Below are positions 9,701 to 21,700 of a DNA stretch of 34,640 nt, piece after piece. A program made the position numbers and the translations under genes. The first letter of the stretch is position 1. Every line of letters starts with the position of its first letter. The notes beneath the pieces were generated by a model, which saw only the letters and a program-made list of their open reading frames with translations, was not told the DNA's origin and searched no databases. The stretch is from an uncultured Christensenella sp. GTDB lineage: Bacteria; Bacillota; Clostridia; Christensenellales; UBA1242. Location: the NCBI GenBank assembly GCA_964369125.1, contig CAYJEF010000002.1, positions 1-34,640 on the forward strand, given 5' to 3'.

Positions 9701-12700
9701 GCCCCGCCGTCTTTTTGGGCGACGTTTTGATAAGACAACATTTGTTCGTCATATATGCCATATTCGCCACCATACAACTCCACTTTGCCGTTTTCAACGT
9801 ATATTGCCCCGCCGTAAGTCGCACTGCACGCATAAATCTTGGCGCTGACGATTTTTAGGGAGAAACTTAAGGAATTGTTTGCGTTCACATAGAATGCACC
9901 GCCCCTGTTGCCATCGATGGTCTCAATTACTCCCGTGTTTGGTGTGACGAGTTGCAGTTTGCGCGTGTTCGTCGCGTTGTTGCCAATAATTTCCACGCCG
10001 TCATTTACGACAGCAATACCCGTGGCACCAATATAAACGAGCGAACTGGCGTTATTAACAGCGCCTCCCGAGATAATAAAGCCCATATTCAGCATTTGCG
10101 ACAAGGATTGCGCGGAGTCAAGGTTAAATTCAATGCGCCCATACACTGCAAATAGTACGCCCGTATACAAACTATCGCGCGTAATGCCATATCCCAGTTG
10201 CGTGGCGCCAAACACTGGCGATTGTGAGGATACTATAACCACGTCTTTGTCCTGAGGCACGATCACAACAGAGTTTTCGCCAATAACTTGCTCGTCAAGC
10301 AATTTCAAAATTCGCCTTTCATTGCTTGGAATTTGCATAATTGCATCTTTTAGTGTGGTGTAATTTTCAGGTTTGCTTTGGTCGGTTATGTCGACGACGG
10401 TCGCCCTGCCCACATATACATTTGTGTCAATGAGTGTAAACCCAACGCCGATGCCAAAGAATTTCGACACGCGGGCGTAACTGCTTCGTGTGAAAGTCGC
10501 CACCAGCGTGCGATCGTTTGCCAAATAATTAAAGTCAAACGCCAGCATAATTCTTGGGCTAGTTTCCAAAGTCTTGTCGATGATTGTTACAAGAGAATTT
10601 TCCACCAAACACACCATATTTCTTGCGGTTTCGTCGCTAAAATCAATCTCGGTGGAGTTTGAAATGGAAAGCGCATTTGGCGAAGTGTTGTTTAAAAACA
10701 CTCCCGAATATTTGTCTTGGTCCACTTCGGACATATTATGCGAAATCGTAACAGCGTCCAAAATGACCGCCGCTGTGTTCGTAATGTAGATTGCACCGCC
10801 ACGACCTTTGGTCGCAACGCCAGCTATATCTTTTGCAATATTATTTTCTATTGTGGCGTTCAAAATGGTTAGGTTTGTGTTCACATACAATCCTGCGCCA
10901 GTCGCCGCCGTATTATCAAAAATTCTCGTGTTGTTAAACATTGTTATGTTTGGCGAATTCCCGAAAGTGTCGGTCGTGAAATATACGCCACCACCCTGCG
11001 CTCCCGCGTTGTTATAAGAAATCTCGCAACCGTCGAACCTCACCACCACCGAACCGCTGACAAACACGCCTGCGCCAGAACTCGCGGAGTTTTCTTGTAT
11101 CGAAGTAAAGCGAGACAAAGTCACTTGTGCTGTGCCCGACAAATATAATCCACCACCAAGATTACTCGCTTCGTTGCCTGCCATGGTGCCCCCAATATAC
11201 GTCCTTGGCGAAGTCATACCGATTTCTATATTTCCGCCCATTGCGTGTAAACCGCCACCGTTTCCACCCACTCCGTTTTGGGCAGTTGCTTTATTAGAAA
11301 ATATGTTTGCGCCAGAGATATACGCTTCGCCGTCTTCCACATAAACTCCACCACCACTCACGCTTTCATTGCCAGAAATGGTTGTGCCAAGTTTAATGTT
11401 TAACACTCCGCCAGCCATGTAAATTCCACCGCCAAAGTAGGCGACGTTGTTTAGAATGAACAGTGAATTACCACTTAAGTTGACAAGTCCACTTTCAACG
11501 TAGATTCCTCCGCCAAAGTTGCTTTCGACACTACTATTGCCATATTCAATGCGCCCCATAAGCACATTTGAAGCGCCCCAACTTTCCATAATTTGCGAGG
11601 CAAAATGTATATTCCCGCCAAATTTTGCAGTGTTGCTGGATATAGTAGCGCGCGCGTCGTTCATTTTTAAAATCCCACTGGCGCCCACATACACACCACC
11701 ACCAGCACTAGTTGCCTCGTTGCCTATTACTGGCATTCTAAGGTCGTTTAGTTGCGAGTTTCTCGTTTGCATTCCAATGGTCGCGTTTTCAATTAAAAGT
11801 GTTCCGTTCATAACCGCCACGCCACCACCGTTTGTGGCTACGCTGGAATAGATTAGGGCGCCACCGTGAAGTTTCACAAATCCGTCACTTATGAATATTG
11901 ACCCGCCCGTTTGTGCTTGATTGTTAAAGATTTCGGCAGAAGAAATGTCCACGCAACTGCCCTCGTCCAAAATGCCAGTGCCGACAAATATTGCCCCGCC
12001 ATTTATAGAGGAGTTCGAATGGATATACACACTGCTCGTGTCTTCGTTTATGACAAGGCGACTGCCCGTATCCAAATATATTGCGCCACCGTTTTGTGCA
12101 TAGTTTCCATAAATTTCGCCACCTTTTATGGCGACTGTGCTTGAATTTGCGTATATCGCACCACCGTTAATAGTCGCAGTAGTATCTCCGTTGTCGTGAA
12201 GAACTGCACCCGTTATCGTCAGCGTGCCATTTTGAACATATACCGCACTGCCAGCAAGCGACTTTGTGTTAAAGATAAAAACATTTTGACTTAGGGTTAA
12301 AGTGCCGGAATTAACAAAAATGAAACTGTCGCCAGTAATCCCGTTGCCGTCAAGGTTGAGCATTGGCGATTTGTATTCCACACCGCGTGCCGTGCCAAAC
12401 GTCCCGCCAAACGTCACGTTATGCGAGACAACTTCAAACACATTTCCCGTAAAGTTTTGGTCCCGAAGTATGGTGATTTCTCTGTCGTTATAGGAATAAC
12501 CGTCTTGACCTTCGCGTAAAGATTCGTAGCCTGCAAGGATAGTGACGTCCTTGTCGACGATAATCGTATCGCTTATAGTTATATTATGTTTAATCATAAT
12601 ATAGTCGCCGACAGTGCTGGAATAAAGCGCCAGTTCGATTGTCGAATGGTTTTCCACAAATTCTTTATCAGCGTTAAACCTTGCAATAATATCGCTAACA

Positions 12701-15700
12701 ACAATGTTGTAGTTTAGGTAAATTCCAGAGAGCGATACATAGAAATTCACGTCGGTGACAACGTATGAAGTCGTGTCAGGTTTCTGCAAAATATTCGTGC
12801 CGTTTATGACTGCGTTAAACGCCATTGTGGAATATATCTCGGCAAACTGCAGAGTAGAACTATAAAACGCCGTGACATTAACCCCAAGCACCGTTCTTGG
12901 CAGGATAACAAACACCACGTTAGTTCCATATAGCGCTTCTTCGGCAATGTTTTCGAGTGCGTCAAAATTAATTTCGTCTGGCAAATTTATGCAATTATAG
13001 AATGCTTGCTTGCCGATGGTCTTTAATTTTTTAAACTTAAACTCACTTTGTAAGCTTTCAAACTCTAAGTTTGTGCAATTATAGAACGCGCGCTCGCCCA
13101 CTTCATCTATTACTTTTGCAAAAATTATGCTTGTTAGCATAGAGCAACCTTCAAAGGCGCTTGCTTTCACTTTAGTTTCTAGCCTTATAGTCACTTTGAC
13201 TAGTGCGGTTGGCAGTTTAGAAAGTCCGCCAAAACTAAAGGCAAAATTGTTCGAGTCGTTTATAGTCTCGCCCACGTAAGGCAAGGAGATTTCGGTGAGG
13301 TTTGGCATATTCTCAAACGCCGACGCCTCTATTCTCGTAACAAGATTACTGCAAAGCACGCTAGTAAACTCTGTGCCATAGAAGCAAAGTGATGAAAGCG
13401 CCGTTATATTGACGTTATTTCTCGCAATATTAACCATAGACATTTCGTAGGCGCCGAGGATAGAGTTTGCTATCAAATAGGTATGCAATTTCACGCCGTT
13501 TGACAAGTCATAGAAATTGCCGTCCTCGTCCGTTTTATATCGTGTGTTTTGTGGTGAAAGCGTTACAGTTGTTAGATTTGTATTAACTAACGCCCCTGCT
13601 TCGACTACGGTATCTTTTGGAATATTTAGCACGCTATTTAAGTTTGTTAGGTGCCTGAATGCAAACTTTGAAATTGACACAAGATTTGCCATACACTCTA
13701 AATCGACGCTTGTTATGTTGCTTAGTTCGTTGCAGTTCTCCAACTCGCCAACAATTGTAATTGCACTGCCGAGAGTTACCGTGTTATTCGCAAAATTTAA
13801 AATATATCGAGGCAGGATAAGTTCTGAATTTGCGCTGATTTCGCTCTTTCCAAGCGCGCTGAGCCCTGTTATCGTAGTGCCGGAATATTCAAAATAGAAA
13901 GGATTAGAATATTCACGCCACACGGCGTATAAGGTGATTTCTCCGCTAAATTTCACCGCGTTTTGACCATTTACATTTTGAGGGGAAGTAAACTGCGCTT
14001 CGTTTGCGGTGCTTAAAAGCGCCCAGCCCATAAATAGCGCGAATACGTTTTCCTCCCTGTCGGCAACAAACCACTCTTTGTTATCCTTATCGGCAAACGC
14101 GAGCGCCGTTTGTGTCGATAAATCCAAAACCGCAGTCGTATTCGTGCCGTTTGGCAGGATTTGCGTCGTCGACCCTCCGATTATGTCATACGAAGTATTT
14201 AGGTCATATGTTATGGAATATGAAGCCGTCATCACGCCATAAAGCGTGATAGTGTCGTTCACAATAGCCTGATTTGTGATAATACTGGCGAACTTTGCCA
14301 TTGATAATGTGAACACTTCATTGAGGGTGCAATCTATTGTCGAAAGATTGTTTGAGAATGAATATCCCACTAGCATATATTGTGCATTACGGTTACCGTG
14401 GAGCGTTATTTGCGTCGTGGCACCGATGCCATTGTATGTGTTTGTGGCGCTACTCGATACCGTGACGGTTTGGATTGTGAAATTTGCGTCAATTTGGTTG
14501 TTTATCATATATTTTATCGTGTAATTTTTTGCGCGCCATGCCACGAAAAGTTCCAAAACACCAATATCTTCGTCTTTTAGGTTCAAACTGGCAATGCCCC
14601 CGAAGTTGAACATTAGCGCTCCAGTGGTAGAAATATCAGCAGTTTTGCTCAAATATCCCGCCTCAAACCCAGCGACGCCAAAGCCCGCAGAGACAATGTC
14701 GGCGGTAGAAATGACGACGTTGCCGTCTATGTCGCAAAAGTTTTCGAGCGTGAAGTCGCTACCGTCGTTTGAATGGACGATTACTTTTCTATATTCCACG
14801 ATTGCATAGAGTTTTATTATAACATTATCTTCTGCGGTTAGATTTAGTATGGTATCTTGGTCCAAAAATTCTGGTTCGGTGGCGAGTGGGTCGGTGCTGG
14901 TTGTCCACCCTTTGAAATACTTTTGGTTGCCAATTTTGAGCACTCTTTCTCTTATATCTGTTGGGAAATCTGCCACCGCTGGCAAATATGAGGAGGTGTT
15001 ATATTCCATTCGAACTTCTTCGCCGAGGTCATTAACGCTTGTTGGGTTGGCATAGAGTTTCACTGTATATTTGTTTGCTTCCCAGTCTGCATAGACTGTC
15101 ACTTCATCGCCTATCGTAAGATTTCTGGCAGTTTCTCCCAAAATTTGCTCGCCCAGTTTCCACGCCACTTGGTGATATCCCACTGCTAAAAATTTATCGG
15201 TTGGTAAGTTGAAATATTCGCCATATGTAACCAAAATGCTTGAAATTTCGCCAGTGATGGCACCATGTGAGAAGTTTGGTGCAAAATTAACTGTATATTG
15301 CCTTGGCGTCCAGATGCAATAGAAATCAAGCACTGTATTGTCCGTTATAGCAAGGTTAAATACACGCTCGCCAAATCCATATGTAGTGCCCGTGCCATCG
15401 ATAGTCGTGTTCCAACTGTCCGCAATGTAGCCCGCGAGGGTAAACTTCGTCTTTTCTGCCATAAATGCAAAGGTGTCAAACAGCGCTGTTACCTCGTGAG
15501 TTGTTTGTGTTACTACCCCCATATAATTTGAGTGAAATATCATTGTGTAGGTTATCGGCGCCCACGAAGCATATAGGATCGTATCGTTTTGTGGCATTTT
15601 GAATGTTAGTGTGGTTGCGTCATACACATTAGCGCTTGCAATTTGCGAAGCCGAAACCCCGCGCAATGTGTAGCCCGCACGTGTTAGGTTCGCCATAATG

Positions 15701-18700
15701 TCGAATATAACTGCATTTCCAAACGTGGAAGTTTCGTTGTCGGCAAAAATTTCCACCACAATTTTTGAACCGTCAATGTAGGTGTAATATTGCGACGAAC
15801 TAGACAAAATTGCCTTATTCCCGCTCATTCCAGCGGTGTCATTAAAGTCCACAGTCAAAACAAAATATTTCTTAGACCAAATGGCAATTGCCGTAACATC
15901 TTCATAAGGCATCAATATATCCGTCAATTTGTCGCCGTCTGCCGTGGCACTGCTATTCCATTCAATAAAATATTTATTGCGCTGACTGACGGAAATTTTC
16001 TGCTCGCCGTTTAAAAGTGACAAAGCAGTTTCGAACCTTGATAATATGAGAGATAAATCATATAGATATTCGATTTCTATGATAATATTCCCCGCCGAAA
16101 GTGTGACATTCATTCCCGAGAGTGCGTTATATAAAGTCCCGTCGTTTGCCGAGATAGTCAATGTAAACACTGCCTTTTGAAGAACAACATATTGGTCGAT
16201 GACCTTTACACGGAAATGGTTAGTGCTTTGTTCTTGCTTGTAACTGTCATCTACGTCAAATAATCTGGCGATTGGTGTAAGGTTGCTTGCAAATTTCACG
16301 ACGTTAACCTTCCCGCCAGCGATAACTGGGGCATAATCCGTCAGTTCCACCACCACTTTATCGTTGTTCGCGTCGATAACATCGTTTACATAAATAATCG
16401 CACCGTTTTTGAGAATAATTCTGTCTGCAATAGCGTATCTGCCCGAAAGGTAAAGTTCGCCGGCGATAACTGTATTGTCCACATAAATCGTGCCAACATA
16501 TGCACTGCCACCTATAACTCCGCCAGAAATTCGAACAATTCCAGCAGATATATTAGACGTAATATATACGTCACTGCCCAGCCCGCCTTCGGTGTTTTCG
16601 TTTGCAAATATTGACCCTCCACGCTGATTAAACGTGCCTCTAAACACACAGACCCCGCCACCATACGTTGCCGTGTTGTTTTTGATTTCGCCAGTTGTTA
16701 AAACGACAGAATGTTTGGAATGAGTGTTTTGATTGTCGCCCACACACACGCCACCGCCATATGTCGCCGAGTTGCCCTTAACGACCACGCCGTTTATGTT
16801 CGCAACAACAATGGTATTCAAGTTACTGCCCTCCACGTAAATCCCGCCACCATAAATTGCGGAGTTGCCAAAAATATTAAACGTGGTTTCTGCAATGATT
16901 CCTGCGCCAAACGTAAACGTCGCGCAGTTTGCCGACAAATACACACCGCCACCTGCGCTCGATGCCGTGTTTGTGCTAATAATTCCGCCTGTCATTTTGC
17001 TATTACTACTGCTACTAAAATAAACACCTGCGCCCTTAATTGCGCCGTTACCTATAATTTCTCCGCCTTGCATTTCAAACGTGGACGACGCCATATATAC
17101 GCCACCGCCGTTAACCGTTGCCGTATTCCCGTTTATTTTTGTTGAGCCCTTAATTATAAGCGTTCCCGCCAGATATATTCCAGCGCCGTTTTGCGCCGAG
17201 TTTGCGCTGATTTCCCCGCCGTTTAATGTGCAAACACCCGCGGATTTTATGCCACCGCCATTTGACGAGGATGCGTGGTTAATAATCTTTACCCCCGTGC
17301 CTATGGTTAGGTTTCCGTTTGGCATAACATACACTCCAGCGCAATTTGTTAGTATATTATCGCCGTCGATAACGAGGTTGGCTGGCGAAGTAATTTCCAC
17401 CTGCGCGCCTATCGACAACATATAGTCGCTAAATGCACCCATTCGCACTAGTCGAACGTCGGCAATGCTTGTGAGAGTGATATTTCGTGAAATGGTTATG
17501 TTTGAGTATATCTCAATGTTGCGTTTGACTATAACTAGAGTGTCGCCGTTTACAAGAGCGTTTGTGGCGTCTGTCAAGTTTTGATAATACACAAAACGTG
17601 GTTCGTTTACACTGGCGCCCGTGGAAGGTTTCCTAATATATGCGACTGTTTCCATCCATTCGCAGTGCAATTTAATGTATGTTATGTTGCTTATCTTAAT
17701 TGAAGAATTGCTGTCGTTATACTTTTCGTCAATTGCCCCGTCAAACACTCCGTCGTCGCCCGTGAAGAAAGAGAGAACAATGTGGTTATCACGTTTGAAA
17801 TCATCTATGAAGATTATATAGTCGACGAACAAGTCCTTTTGCAAGACAGTGTAAATCCACGTGTTTTGTGGGTCATCTCCCGCGATTCTATCGTATGGAC
17901 TGTCTATTAAATTGCTAGTTATCCCGCCGTTGGCGTCAATTTCAATAGTAACTTGTGTCCACGAAAATATACCCTCAAAATATAAATTACTGCCACCCTG
18001 CGCAATAATGAGGTTAAAGACCTCGGCATAGGTGTATATCACTCCGCCAATTTCCGTGGTTCTCGCGATGTCGTCCATATATTTTAACTCAAATCTGTGG
18101 GCGTTATTAAAGGTTATACCCGTATGAACCATACCGCTTGGTGAAAGATAGGAAAGTTCCCATTCCACAAATGTGCAATATCTCATCGTTGGTGCAGTTA
18201 ACACTATTGACCCAGTAAATCGCAAGTACCCAAGGTCGGTCGTAACCGTTTGACCGCTAGAATTTTCATAGAATGAAAACACATTCACCACACGCTCTAC
18301 CCACAGAGGTTTTAGCGTCAAAACTTTGACAGGAAGCAGACTGTTTGCGGTGTAAATTTTATTTTTACTGTCCACAAACTCTCCGCTCATTTCATACCCA
18401 ATTCTAGTGCCAAAAATCTCACTTAGTGTCACAAAATACGTTTGAGTTGGGTCGATTGCCACTTTAAAGCGTTTGAAGTTGCCGTTCGCGTCATATTCCG
18501 CCACGTAATTTACTTGCGAGCCAAATGTTATTTCTCCGCCATTTTTCTCAAGATAGAAATATTCCGCCACTTTTGCGATATAGAGTGTACAGTCTGTTTC
18601 GTTGTAGTCGAGGCAATAGTTTCCAAGCACGCCTGTGTCGATTATGTTTAAGACAAAATATTCTTTGCAGTTTTCAAGTATGCTTATGTTTGCAAACTTC

Positions 18701-21700
18701 ACAACCTCGTCGTTTTCCAGTTTTTGTTTGAGTTCCAAGTCTTTTGCACCGATGTAATTTATTGTGGATTTTTCCGTGCCATATCTCACATTCGTTAGAT
18801 TATTATCCACGCGAATGACGGAAAATCTCTTCACGTAAATGTCTTTTACGTATGCCGTACCCGACAAAACTAGAGTGCCCTTTTCATTAGAATACGAGTC
18901 TTCCACGCTGGAATTTATGCCAATAGTGCCCAAAATCACACCAGACGCAATTTCAAGTGTGGCGTTTTTGTCGATGTAAATTTCTTCGCCCAACACTTCG
19001 GTCGCGAGGTTTGTTTGATAGCCTGCATTGGTCAAAATGACGTTTTCAGTAATCTCCACTCCGTTTAAGGTAAGTTTTACAGAGGACGAAGACATATATA
19101 TTGCAGCGCCCGCCTTGCCCGCTTTGTTGCGATATATCTTGCCAGCACCCAATGAACTATATACGTTTACAGTGGCAAAATATAACCCTCCACCGCCGAA
19201 ATATGCTTCGTTCTGAGTGATTTGTGCACCGCTGGACATCGCAATTTGACTGTTTCCCGCCAGATATATTCCTGCGCCAGAAGTGGCAATATTGTGCATA
19301 ACGCGCGCGTTATCGCCCAAAATTATGCTGGAATTGCCCGTTGCATATATGCCCGCACCCGCCACCACTTCGTTTCTTATAACGATTGCGTCAAGAATTA
19401 GCGTGGTATTATTTATGTAAATTCCGCCACCACTGGTGTTGCCAACGACGTTTTTGCTGTAATTCATTTCAATTATTGTCCCGCCCGAAATGTTCAAACT
19501 GGAATAATTTGTGAGCGAGGTGGTTACGTATATTGCACAGCCTTCATATGCCGTGTTGCCGTTTGAAGTGGAACCCATACCAAACAATACGTCGGCGATA
19601 TTTACCACCGCGTCTATGGCATACACTGCACCACCAGAGGCGTTTGCACTGTTGCGAATGAACAAAGTGTTTTCGCCAGAAGCACAGTTTTCGCTATTGA
19701 TGTTTAGCACGCCCATAGCGTAGATTGCTCCGCCGTTTTCGCTAGAACTCGTGTTTGCCTCAAAACGCCCAGATTTTATGACGAGGTTTGTTTGGCTGTA
19801 GATAGCGCCTCCTTTTTGTCCCGCCGTATTCTTAAGGAATATCTCGCCAAATAAAATTTCAAGTTTGCTTGTGGCGTAGATTGCTCCGCCTACTGTTGCA
19901 AAATTGCTTTCAAAAGTTGGCTTGTTTTGTGAATTTTGTGACAGCACAAAATTGGTTCCCAAATATAACGCCCCGCCGTTTAACGTCGCCGTGTTATATG
20001 CAAACAAAGTGTTCCCAAGAATAATGTCGCTTGCGAGCGCATAAATTGCCCCGCCAGAGTTTGCCGTGTTGTAGATAAACGAATTTTCGCCAAAAAGCGT
20101 AATATGCGCGTCTGCTTCGGCATAAATTGCCCCGCCGTTTAACGTCGCCGTGTTTCCTTGAGACGCCGTGCCAAATAAGCAACTTGTCACTTGCACATTA
20201 GCAGAACTTTCCACATACAACGCACCGCCAGATTGGGCGGAGTTATTGATGAAAGACACGCCTGAAAAGTTTGCAGTGCCTTTGACGGTAATCGCCCCGC
20301 CGTTTCTGCTACTTTGCGCCGTGCCACCCACAATATTAATGCCAGATATTTCCAAAGTTCCGCCGGCTTCCACCTTTATAAGGCTGACATTTCGCGTCAC
20401 AAACGTGCCGTCCAAATTTCTGGCGTTCGACAGGGTGTAAGGTATCCCGCCATTTAAGCCTTCGCTTAGGGTTAGCATACCCCTTGATTTCACCGTGAAC
20501 ATTGTGAAATTTGCACCAAGTCCACTGCCCGGCGAGACGGTGAGACCACTGTTAACCGCATAAATAGCAACATTATCGCTGATATCCACTTGCGTATTTA
20601 CAACAACGCTTGTTAAAATCTTCACGACATATCTTGCAGGTTTAACGTTATAAATTTGTGCGTTAATGTCATCGAACGCAGCATTAAACGACGTATAGTA
20701 AACGTTATAAAATCTATTGTTATATCTCACAACATTTTCCACATAGCACACCGCTGGACCCCACACGGCATAGAAAGTGGTAACGCCCGTGGAAGACTCT
20801 ATTATTGTAATTTCTTGCCCAAGGCTAAAATCGGGCGCCGAAGCATTTGGCGTGCGTGCGAAGCCTAATAGCACTGAATTTTGCTTGTAGAAAAATCTTT
20901 CGATATTGTCGTAAGGCGTCGACGAATATGAGTTTGGCAAAACGAGTTTTGTCCCGACGCTTTTCGTTATGCTAAATGTCGTGCTACCGTCCGTTCCTCC
21001 GTTTGCATCAAAGACCACTTCAACTGACATTTTTGTAAAGTAAATGGTCACATAAATACGTCTGTCGGCGGTGTTTGTGTTTGGATTGGTTTTTATTACA
21101 GTAATCTCTTGATTTGGCACATAAATATTCCCGCCCAAAACATATTGCTTGAAATAGAAGCCATCTGGACGATAATTTTGTCGCAAGTAATATTTTAGAG
21201 AATTGTATATGAAGACATATTTCTCATTTTCGACGGTAATGTTGAGTGTAACAGTTGTATCGGCGTCCGTAAAACTTATACTTTCAGGGTATATATTTGC
21301 ATCTTTATACGCGTCGGCATTGTTTAGTGCCATATTTGGTTTAGAAAACACCGTGAATGCTTTTGTACCAGTATCAATATAATATACAAGACTATCAGCG
21401 GTGGTATAGTAATATTTATCGCGGTTTGCGTCGAAGTAAATATCTGATTCCTCATATGTGGTTTGTTTGTCTACCACTCTTATTGGGACAGAGCCAAGAT
21501 ATGTCACAGTCACGTCCTCATAATGCACAAACTCCACACTGCTTAGTGTGCTTGATTGTGGCAACCTAAACGTCTTGCCATACTTGACGGTTTGAGATAG
21601 TAAAAGCAAGTTGTCGTCCGTCAGTTGTCTGCCGTCGATAGAGTAGTATGTCGTGCCGGGATATCTGTCGAATACGGTGTCATATTGATAGTAGACCGTG

